Of a DNA stretch of 64,000 nt, positions 1 through 7,876 are shown in pieces. A program made the translations under genes and the position numbers. A model generated the notes under the pieces. It did not search any database. It saw only the letters and a list, made by a program, of their open reading frames with translations, and had not been told where the DNA came from. Position 1 is the first letter of the stretch; each line of letters starts with the position of its first letter. This stretch comes from Pseudomonadota bacterium (GTDB taxonomy: Bacteria; Pseudomonadota; Gammaproteobacteria; JAKAQQ01), in assembly GCA_021798115.1 (NCBI GenBank), contig JAJZYM010000002.1, positions 166,687 through 230,686 of the forward strand, written 5' to 3'.

Positions 1-827
1 GCGTAGGGCGCGTAGAAAATCGATCCTTCGAAAATCGGGCCACAATGCATCACAGAAATAGAACTCGCTGTACGCTGACTGCCACAGAAGAAAGCCCGAA
101 AGACGCTGCTCCCCGCTGGTCCGGATGATGAAATCCGGATCGGGAGTGCCAGCTGTGTACAGGTAGCGCTCCAAGTCTTCCGGAGTAAGATTCTTGGCCA
201 GTTCCTCCAGGGTCAGTTGCTTGGCCTGCGCGTCCCTAAGTAACGCTTTGCACGCGTCTGTAATTTCCTCCCGTCCACCGTAGGCCAAGGCGACCGTCAC
301 AAGCATGCCCTTGCGGTTGGCCGTGGATATCTCGATTTCCTCGGAAGCTTCAATGACGTGTTGAGGAAGACGATGACGCTGCCCAATGATCCTCACCCGC
401 ACCTCTTCAGAGGACAAGCGCGGATTCTTGAGCATCTCCGCGCTTTCCTTGACGAAAAGATCAAGAAGGGTCTGCACTTCTTCTGAAGATCGTGTGAAGT
501 TCTCTGTACTGAAGACGTAGAGAGTCACGTGTGAAATGCGGAAATCTAGGCACCACTGAAGAAATTCTCGAAGTTTCTTGATGCCGTATTCGTGCCCACG
601 GATGGCTCGTATTCCGAAGTTTCTGGCAAAGCGTCGGTTCCCGTCCAGAATGAGTCCTATGTGGCACGGCGGCTGCCCAGCTCGGACCTGCGTATCGAGT
701 CTCCTTTCGTAGTACCAGTAAATCGGCCTTAGGAGATAACCAAAGAGACGCAAAAAGTAGGCTCGGAGTGAACTATGAGCAACTGGAAGATGCGGAAGAG
801 AGCTCTGCCCGGAGACGTTGTTTGCAT
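1..827 (-). CDS. uppS: Cis-prenyltransferase (UppS family, isoprenyl diphosphate synthase). The C-terminus is cut by the window edge. This ORF is not in the supplied track because it runs off the edge.
   Basis: Manual translation of the minus strand gives ...YWYYERRLDTQVRAGQPPCHIGLILDGNRRFARNFG...HVTLYVFSTENFTRS...IIRTSGEQRLSGFLLWQSAYSEFYF. These are the diagnostic UppS motifs. An in-frame ATG lies at 827. Confidence 0.85.
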
Positions 828-986
828 CCGAATCCGAGTCGTTTTCTACATTTTCCTTGGGGCGTGGGTCTTGATGGATCGATTGTCTCATCTGGATCTC
901 GGGTGCCCTCCTACGTCACAAGAATCCAACGGTGCGGTGCCACTCCATGCCGGCACCGCATCATGGAGCGTCTTTCGTCCCACCCG

Positions 987-3900
987 TCAATGGAGAACCA
1001 CACCCGACACGTGGGGAATCTGCAAATGATAATTCCGATACGGTTCGCGATGATAGCGAGGAATGGGATGTTCACGAAGCATGCGCAATGCGAGATGGAC
1101 GGCTTCGACAAGCTGGGGGTCGATTCCTTTGCGCACAAGCGCCGGATTGTTCCAGATTCTGACCGTGGGCGCAATACCATGATCCTCGACTGGGAAATGC
1201 CCGTTCAGACCCTCAATCGCTTCACGAGGCGCGGTGACACTCCCTCCATCCATGAGCGGCGGGTATCCCCAAATCCCAACCAGACCACCCCATGTTCTCG
1301 TGCCTACCAAGGGTCCGAGGTGTGCCATTTTGAAAAACCACGGCAGCGCATCGCCCCCGGAACCCGAGTAGCGGTTGATGATCATGACCTTGGGGCCCTG
1401 CATGACTTGCGATGGCTCGACGTACGTTCGCCCGTAGCGATTAACATGAAGAGCCATCGGCCTGCGTTGCAGATACTGAATGATGTAGTCGGCCAGATCG
1501 CCCCCCGTGTTGAAACGTTCGTCGATGATCACCCCTCGCTTGTTGATCTGCGAGAAAAAATATCGATTGAAGTAGCGTAGTCCCGCACTATAGGTGTTGG
1601 GAAGATATACGTAACCCAACTGTCCATGGCTCATGCGATTCACCACACGAATATTGTGGTCGACCCAAGCCGCAAGATTGAGTGGAGCTTCGTTGCTGAT
1701 CGTATGCACCACCAGATTGCGTGCTCCAGCTCCGTTGGCGTTTTTGGCAACCGTCAGGAGAACGTCTTTGTTGGCCAAGCCCTGAAACGCCGCGTATAGG
1801 CTTTTGCCTGCCCGAATTTGATGTCCGTTCACCGCGAGCACGTAATCGCCTCTGTGGATGTTCAAGCCGGGTTGGGCCAGCGGAGCGTAGAGAGACGGGT
1901 TCCACTCCCCTCCCCTCAAAATTCTGGCGATTTGATAACGTCCATGCTTGATTCGGTAACGGGCACCGAGAAGACCGACACCGACATGGAGTGTGTGCGG
2001 CTTCATCCCTCCACGAACAAACATATGCCCCACAGCGAGATAACTGAGCATTTCTCTGAAGAGAATGTTGAGCCCGTGGCGGCTCCCGACCCCAGGGAGA
2101 TAGCGTTCAAAGACCTTGGCGACGCGGTCGATGGGTGTGCCGTCGAAGATGGGGCTGTAAAAATATGTGTGCTCCATACGCCAAATGTCCTGATACATTT
2201 CTGACCAAGCCAATTGGGGCACCACGCGAACCATCATGCTCCCTGTGGGGATTGGACGCCGTGTGAATTTGCCGATTGTCGAGTCGACATACCATTTCTG
2301 ACCAACGGCGACGAGCATGCTCTTTCCGTCTCTCGCAGCATGGAAAACGCGCGCCTTCATGACCAGCACGGTCTCTTTGCGTTTGATCAGATTGTAACGA
2401 AGCACGGAAAACACAGCGGGACTGCTGAGCGGTGGGATCGGGGCTGCGCGTAGCAGGATCAGGCGGTTTCCCGGCAAGGGTTCCAGCCCAACATAATTAG
2501 CCGGTGGCACCGGCAGTGCAACCAGACGATCCCTTAAGTGGTCCAGATCGATCCGTGGTTCTACGATGTCTGAAAGTTTCTTTGTGCCACTTGCGTTTTT
2601 GTTTCCCAGCCCGGGAAATTGTACGCGTTCTGGTATGGGCGAAGGAGTTCTTTGACCCAGAGCCAGAGCATATACACTGCGGCGGATCCTGTGGTCGAGA
2701 CCGGTCATGTCCAGCGTGGTGGCGGAAAGACCCAGGTCAGTGCTTACGGTGAAATACAAATAACGCCCATGAGGCGAGAAAACAGGATCACGGCAATCGC
2801 TTGAGCCGTGTGTGACCATGTGGTTTGTGTGTCGCCTCACAGAATACAGGGCAATCGCATGGCGGAAGTTCGGCTCAAGCCTGGTGTAGACAATCCACCG
2901 GCCGTTTGGCGACCAACGAGCATCGAAATGCTGTGCGGTCGAATCGTAGATGTCTGTAGCAACAAGGCGTGGGTGCGGATGATGTTTCTTGAGATTGATC
3001 TCGTAGAGGTGCAAACGCACGTCGGCATACAGGAGTCGGTTCCCGACTGGCGACCAGCGGAGATGCCTGTAAAAATCGTATCGAGAACCAAGCGAGAAGA
3101 CCCGAACCGGACCAATACCGTCGGCCTTGCGTACATAGAGAGCGTAGGCGCCAGATTTATCTGAAAAATATGCGATTCTCGTTCCACGCGGTGACCAAGC
3201 CGGATCGCGTACCATCTCTCCCGCATCATGAGTCAGTGTCACCATCGCTTTGTGCTGGACGGACAGTTCGAGCAGTTTGCCGTAGGCCGTGAAGGCCACC
3301 CAATCTCCGCGTGGGTCGATGGCTGAATTCTGGAGATAAGGTTGCGCCTTGACAAAGCGTGAGCGGAGGTCGGGAATGTTGCCCTCAAGCCGGATGGGAA
3401 TTGCCCGCACACGCTGTGTGTGTAGATTGTAGAGTTCAATCCGGCCAAACCTGTCGAGGACAATGCCGCCGGGTCCGCTGGCTGCAGAAAGCATGTCGAA
3501 ATGATGACGCGAAGCCGGCAGTCTTTCCCGGAGATGATGAGTGCGTATATTGTAGGAGTAAAGGGTGAATTGGCCGGCTGCATTTGAAAGAAAAAAGATG
3601 TGGTTCCCTATCCAAAGGGGATCGCGGTCTTCGGCAGGCCCGTGGGGGATGCGTGCAAGAATGCGTGAAGTCCCAAGCTGTGCAATGCGAATCGTGGTCT
3701 TTTGGCCGCCTTCGTAATGCTGCCAGAAACGCTCCCACTGAAGTTCGGGGACGTACGCGATTTTGTGATCGTGAGGAGAGAACGATCCAACCTGGCCTGT
3801 GGGCAAAGGAAGCGGCTGCGCGAATCCGCCCCGCCGAGAAACCAGAAAGAGGCGAGGAATATAGTGTGGCCCGTAACGATCGGAACGAAACAAAACATCC

Positions 3901-4265
3901 CGACTGTTCGCTGTCCAACCTACAGCAATGTTGGGCGATGGGTAATAGGTCAACCGACGGACGTCTGCGCCATCGGCACGGGCGACGTAGACATCCGTGT
4001 TGCCCTGGTATGTTGCGGTAAAAGCAATGTACCGGCCGTTCGGCGAATAAAGTGGCCGTCTCAGGTTGCCGTGCCCCGTGATCAGTGGGTGAGCCACTCC
4101 GCCCTGCCGCGGAACGACCCAGATCAGTCCACCGTATGCAAAAGCGATACTCGTCGTAGAGAGCGTTGGGTCTAGGAACAACTTGGGCAGGGTTTTCCCG
4201 TACCCGACACTTAGGAAAATTGTAAGGACCACAGGCAAGAAGAGGCTTGGAGCGAGGCGTTTCAT
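987..4265 (-). CDS. Tricorn-type protease homolog (TolB-like beta-propellers, PDZ domain and C-terminal S41 peptidase), secreted.
   Basis: The ORF is 1116 aa. The likely start is the internal MKRLAPSLFLPVVLTIFLSVGYG signal peptide at 4265. It has repeated SPNGRYIAF / SPRGTRIAYFSD / SPNGRWIVY / SPHGRYLYF propeller motifs and a C-terminal S41-like region (GVIIDERFNTGGDLADY, NRYSGSGGDALPWFFK). Confidence 0.9.
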   Translation of the reverse strand: MKRLAPSLFLPVVLTIFLSVGYGKTLPKLFLDPTLSTTSIAFAYGGLIWVVPRQGGVAHPLITGHGNLRRPLYSPNGRYIAFTATYQGNTDVYVARADGADVRRLTYYPSPNIAVGWTANSRDVLFRSDRYGPHYIPRLFLVSRRGGFAQPLPLPTGQVGSFSPHDHKIAYVPELQWERFWQHYEGGQKTTIRIAQLGTSRILARIPHGPAEDRDPLWIGNHIFFLSNAAGQFTLYSYNIRTHHLRERLPASRHHFDMLSAASGPGGIVLDRFGRIELYNLHTQRVRAIPIRLEGNIPDLRSRFVKAQPYLQNSAIDPRGDWVAFTAYGKLLELSVQHKAMVTLTHDAGEMVRDPAWSPRGTRIAYFSDKSGAYALYVRKADGIGPVRVFSLGSRYDFYRHLRWSPVGNRLLYADVRLHLYEINLKKHHPHPRLVATDIYDSTAQHFDARWSPNGRWIVYTRLEPNFRHAIALYSVRRHTNHMVTHGSSDCRDPVFSPHGRYLYFTVSTDLGLSATTLDMTGLDHRIRRSVYALALGQRTPSPIPERVQFPGLGNKNASGTKKLSDIVEPRIDLDHLRDRLVALPVPPANYVGLEPLPGNRLILLRAAPIPPLSSPAVFSVLRYNLIKRKETVLVMKARVFHAARDGKSMLVAVGQKWYVDSTIGKFTRRPIPTGSMMVRVVPQLAWSEMYQDIWRMEHTYFYSPIFDGTPIDRVAKVFERYLPGVGSRHGLNILFREMLSYLAVGHMFVRGGMKPHTLHVGVGLLGARYRIKHGRYQIARILRGGEWNPSLYAPLAQPGLNIHRGDYVLAVNGHQIRAGKSLYAAFQGLANKDVLLTVAKNANGAGARNLVVHTISNEAPLNLAAWVDHNIRVVNRMSHGQLGYVYLPNTYSAGLRYFNRYFFSQINKRGVIIDERFNTGGDLADYIIQYLQRRPMALHVNRYGRTYVEPSQVMQGPKVMIINRYSGSGGDALPWFFKMAHLGPLVGTRTWGGLVGIWGYPPLMDGGSVTAPREAIEGLNGHFPVEDHGIAPTVRIWNNPALVRKGIDPQLVEAVHLALRMLREHPIPRYHREPYRNYHLQIPHVSGVVLH

Positions 4266-4374
4266 GGCCTTGGATTCTCCCGAGACAGTGAAGCTCAGAC
4301 CCATCCTACACGAAATATTTACCATCGGGTCAACCAAACCGGGTTGCGTGCGTTAGACTTCACGTGTTCTGCCC

Positions 4375-4992
4375 TTGATTTCTATAGAGGGTTTTCCCGT
4401 GCACGTGCGCCTTTATCTTCGCCCTCAACAATTTCTTGCCGCTCTCTCCGTGCTTGCGGCGATGGCAATCCCAGCGCACGCTTACATCATAAGGACGAAA
4501 ATTCTTCAACACACTCACTTCTCGAGCTACAAAGATTTTTATCTCATCGATCAAGGAGTTTCGCCTCGTCTTCTCAGACTGGTCGCCCATGACTACGAGA
4601 CCCTCTCATACAAGAGAGTTGCCGACCCTGACCAGGCCCAGTTTTTTCTCAGGGTCAGTGTTCGTCGAAAGATCATCAGGCTGCGCGTCCCCGTGCCGTA
4701 CCCCAGCTACGGGTATGGTTATGGTTACGGGCCCTTTTGGGGTCCGGGATGGGGACCGTTCCCGTTCTGTTGCGTCTATGGGCCCGCGTGGGGATGGGGC
4801 GTTTACGGCTATCCCGCTTACGGTCCAGCGTACCGATGGATCAGAAGAAGAGTGAGGGTCATCGAAATTACGGCCGTCAGCCGCCGTGACAATGTCCCGG
4901 TATGGAGAGGAACGGCCATCACGCGTATTCGCAGCCGAACCGCCCTGTGGGCCATCGTGTGGCATCTGGTGAACACCTTCCCGATCATTTGA
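4375..4992 (+). CDS. Secreted hypothetical protein, DUF4136-like, with a Gly/Tyr/Trp/Pro-rich insert.
   Basis: It has an N-terminal signal-like segment (LAALSVLAAMAIPAHA) and a low-complexity core (YPSYGYGYGYGPFWGPGWGPFPF...GWGVYGYPAYGPAY). The C-terminal VIEITAVSRRDNVPVWRGTA resembles the DUF4136 end motif. The start is uncertain; GTG at 4399 is possible. Confidence 0.55.
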   Translation: MISIEGFPVHVRLYLRPQQFLAALSVLAAMAIPAHAYIIRTKILQHTHFSSYKDFYLIDQGVSPRLLRLVAHDYETLSYKRVADPDQAQFFLRVSVRRKIIRLRVPVPYPSYGYGYGYGPFWGPGWGPFPFCCVYGPAWGWGVYGYPAYGPAYRWIRRRVRVIEITAVSRRDNVPVWRGTAITRIRSRTALWAIVWHLVNTFPII

Positions 4993-5108
4993 TCGGCTCT
5001 GTCGAATCGTCTTCAGCCGGAAGCCTCTATCTCTTACGCGTAGAGAGCGCATCACTCAACTCCGAGTAGCCTTATCATTTAGGGAATCGTCGCGTCTGGC
5101 TACCGCCT

Positions 5109-6005
5109 ATGAAAGACCGTTGTGCTCTCCGTTTCGCTGCCGCGACTGTGCTGCTGGTCCTTCTGGCATCTTGCAGTCGACCGCGATACACAGTTCCGCT
5201 GCACCTCGTGATGGGGATTGGCCCAAAAATCGTGAATGTGAGCACAGGAACACGCGGTCAGCTCCAAATGACGGTTATGGGTCGACTACCGCACTCACTG
5301 AATGTCGATGTTCTCAGCCGCGTCAGTCCGACAAAGCTCCTTGTCAGCACTTATCCTAAGCATGAAATCTTTCTTTTCGATACGACTGATCATCGTTTTC
5401 GACTTGTGCATCAAGGCTGGAACGCCGTCTATTTCCCAGCGCTCAAAGCCTTCGTATTCCTAAACAGCCCAAAGGGGGAATTCATGGCGCAAGAGCTCTG
5501 GATCGCCCCGCTTGCGCACCCCGATGCTGCCAAACGTTTGGACCGTGGGCCCTTTCCCATCCCTATGCCGGTTGTTCCGATCGCACCCAATGCTTTTGTC
5601 TACAGCAGCTGGCGGAAAACCGGCAAACAAAGACTGTGGCTCTACAACATGACTTTCGGAACATATATCCCACTGCACATCTCCGGTGTCTACCCTGAGC
5701 TTTGGCTTCCACACAGTCATCTTCTCCTTTGCGTAAACCTTGCCAAGCTCGACCGCCCCTACTCTTTTCGCTCTCTCAACGGCAAAATTGTCTCTCACCT
5801 CTCCCTGGGTAATTGGTACACTCCGGCGCTCGCCCTCCCCCATCGCCATATCGTCCTTGTCGGACGGCAGGGGGAGGCCATGTCGTCACCGTTTACCGGC
5901 GACACGCTGATGGCTTACGCTCTCAAGAGCAAACACTTGCGTGTTGTCCTTCAGCATACTTTCGTTGGACTTGGAACGATTGTGCAATCGGGAGGGAAGG
6001 GTTAA
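5109..6005 (+). CDS. Hypothetical lipoprotein.
   Basis: The N-terminus is MKDRCALRFAAATVLLVLLASCS, a lipobox (LLASC). I recognised no other family motif. Confidence 0.6.
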   Translation: MKDRCALRFAAATVLLVLLASCSRPRYTVPLHLVMGIGPKIVNVSTGTRGQLQMTVMGRLPHSLNVDVLSRVSPTKLLVSTYPKHEIFLFDTTDHRFRLVHQGWNAVYFPALKAFVFLNSPKGEFMAQELWIAPLAHPDAAKRLDRGPFPIPMPVVPIAPNAFVYSSWRKTGKQRLWLYNMTFGTYIPLHISGVYPELWLPHSHLLLCVNLAKLDRPYSFRSLNGKIVSHLSLGNWYTPALALPHRHIVLVGRQGEAMSSPFTGDTLMAYALKSKHLRVVLQHTFVGLGTIVQSGGKG

Positions 6006-6554
6006 TTGCAAAACATCATTTTCTACGCTCGTCGTTTAGGAGCGCTACTGTACGATGGTTTTCTTCTTGTGGCGTTCTGGCTGCTCGCCACGTTTTGCCT
6101 CGTTCTCGCTAAAGGGCACGGGCTCGTTGCGCCCGGAACCGGAACGGTCGCCAAAGCTCCGTACTGGCTTTTCCTGCTCGTTATCGCCTGGGCTTTTTTT
6201 TCTTGGTTCTGGTCTCACGGAGGCCAGACTCTCGGCATGAGGGCCTGGAAGCTTCAACTTCATCTTGCGGTGAGGCACGATGAAAACCGCGAAAAGCATC
6301 CCTCAAGCGTTAGCTGGGGTCGTGCAAGCCAACGTTTTGTGGTTACGCTTGCCGTATGGATCGTTGGAGCGGCGGTGGTCATCACTCCGGTATGGGACCT
6401 CACGACAAGCATACACTTGCCTTTTGCAACACGGGTCACAGCTCTACTCTTCACGTGGATAGCCGTCTCATTTTTGCTTTCCTTGGTACCGATCTGTCAT
6501 GGCAAGACACTTATTGATACTTTATCTGGCACAAGCATTGTTTCCGTTGCTTAA
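6006..6554 (+). CDS. RDD family membrane protein.
   Basis: RRLGALLYDGFLLVAFWLL ... GQTLGMRAWKLQL, with several TM segments. A TTG start lies directly after the upstream stop. Confidence 0.7.
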   Translation: MQNIIFYARRLGALLYDGFLLVAFWLLATFCLVLAKGHGLVAPGTGTVAKAPYWLFLLVIAWAFFSWFWSHGGQTLGMRAWKLQLHLAVRHDENREKHPSSVSWGRASQRFVVTLAVWIVGAAVVITPVWDLTTSIHLPFATRVTALLFTWIAVSFLLSLVPICHGKTLIDTLSGTSIVSVA

Positions 6555-6914
6555 CCGGTCGAGAGCCATTCCTTGAATCAAAGCAAGACTAACATCTTTC
6601 CATCCGAGCAGTGCCCCGCCGGCCACGCGCCAGAGCCGCACACGCAACGGGCAAGGCAACTTGCGCCAGCAGCCAACTGAGCTTCGTCGAGGATTGTGTT
6701 ACTCAGCGACGTGCCACGCCCGTGCCGCCGCATAGGTAAAGTGCTAGATAGTCCTCAAACGCACCAACCCTAACTCTTCGGGTCGTGATCACTCGTAAGC
6801 AAGTCTTCGAAACAATGTCGGCAAAGCAATCATGAAGCCAGTCTTGCTCTGCTGCAGCGGGATGTATGCGAAGACCTTTACTGCCCCGGTGTCAATACCT
6901 GGGTGTTAACGGGT

Positions 6915-7562
6915 TTATCGACTGCCCATCTTGAGGAGCATGTTGTATTGGTGCTGTATGGCGTTCAAGAGAGCAGGCACCGATCCATGATGCAGGAACG
7001 TCTGATATTCCGCCCGCCTGATCGCCATGTCGCTTACACCGTCAGCCACGATGTTCACAATCAACCAACGACTACCGCTGTGATGCAAAACATAATCAAA
7101 CTGGTGTTTGTGGCCGTGGCCGGGGGTAAAAAATGTTGTGTAGACGTAAGCGTTATTTCCCCTGACGAGACTACGATCGATCTTGATTTCCTGCCCACCG
7201 TACCCGTTGAAATTGTACGCATAGGTCGCCGCCACGAGGCGTGAAAAGAGATGCATGAAGCGGGTTTGTTGAGCGGGCGTGAAACTGTTCCAGTAGTGAC
7301 CAAGAACAAGCCGGGAGATGAACGGCAGCCCAAAGGAATTGTGTACGGCGCTTCTCATGATGGCGCAGCGTTTGAGCATCCCTGCGCTCTTCCCCGCTTT
7401 CATCGTGGCCAGGAGCGATTGATCAAAGCGGCTCACAACGCTAGCCGGTGTCTTATGGGGTCTGGACTCGACGTTGGCCCGGGAAATTTGAAAAAGAGGG
7501 ATGGCTAGGACAAGAAACAGAAATGTATTCAGGACATATTTGTGGTGGCCGGTTTTTGGCAT
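6915..7562 (-). CDS. hpnM: MlaC/Ttg2D-family periplasmic lipid-binding protein (HpnM-like).
   Basis: The core is LLATMKAG...FGLPFISRLVLGHYWNSFTPAQQTRFMHLFSRLVAATYAYNFNGY, typical of MlaC/toluene-tolerance family proteins. It has an N-terminal TM/signal segment and the likely start is MPKTGHHKYV at 7562. It is divergent from an HpnN-like RND gene. Confidence 0.7.
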   Translation of the reverse strand: MPKTGHHKYVLNTFLFLVLAIPLFQISRANVESRPHKTPASVVSRFDQSLLATMKAGKSAGMLKRCAIMRSAVHNSFGLPFISRLVLGHYWNSFTPAQQTRFMHLFSRLVAATYAYNFNGYGGQEIKIDRSLVRGNNAYVYTTFFTPGHGHKHQFDYVLHHSGSRWLIVNIVADGVSDMAIRRAEYQTFLHHGSVPALLNAIQHQYNMLLKMGSR

Positions 7563-7719
7563 GTTTACTCCACCTGCTGTAAAGGCAGGCTTGGCTATGT
7601 CTTTGGTGCGGTGGTCAGTCATTCGTGAGAGTGTGTCGTGATTGAATTATAGCTGAGCGACAGCTGAGTTGATACCAAGAATATGGGCTGCCTTCCGCAA
7701 CCGTTGGTGTAACAAATTG

Positions 7720-7731
7720 TTATAGCTATAA
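7720..7731. promoter_or_regulatory. Perfect 12-bp palindrome TTATAGCTATAA in the hpnM/hpnN-like divergent intergenic region; candidate operator.
   Basis: The sequence is self-complementary. The half-site TTATAGCT recurs at 7647-7654. A TATAAT hexamer lies at 7742-7747, upstream of the gene starting at 7877. Confidence 0.4.
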
Positions 7732-7876
7732 AACATTCGCTTATAATACTCAACGGGTCGCGGCTCAGACTGAAGTCACGGTTGGGGGGATGTACACAGA
7801 AGAATATCGCTCACCGTTACATCTGTGTTTATGTCTCACTCTTGCGGACACACACACCTTGGCCTGATGTGACGCA

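Noticed and set aside
768-1580. A 270-aa plus-strand ORF.
   Set aside because: It runs antisense across the uppS 5' end and the tricorn-protease 3' end, has no motifs, and both minus-strand genes are strongly supported.
4700-4830. Short-period DNA repeat that could be mistaken for a tandem or CRISPR-like array.
   Set aside because: The periodicity is 6 nt and lies in frame within a CDS, encoding YGYGYG/GPxW low complexity. There is no repeat-spacer architecture and no cas genes.
6555-6914. A 360-bp gap with small Cys-containing ORFs (6832-6908 plus strand, 25 aa; 6578-6733 minus strand, ~51 aa).
   Set aside because: They are too short, have no RBS-like sequence that I could see and no recognisable peptide family. 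It is treated as non-coding or degenerate sequence.
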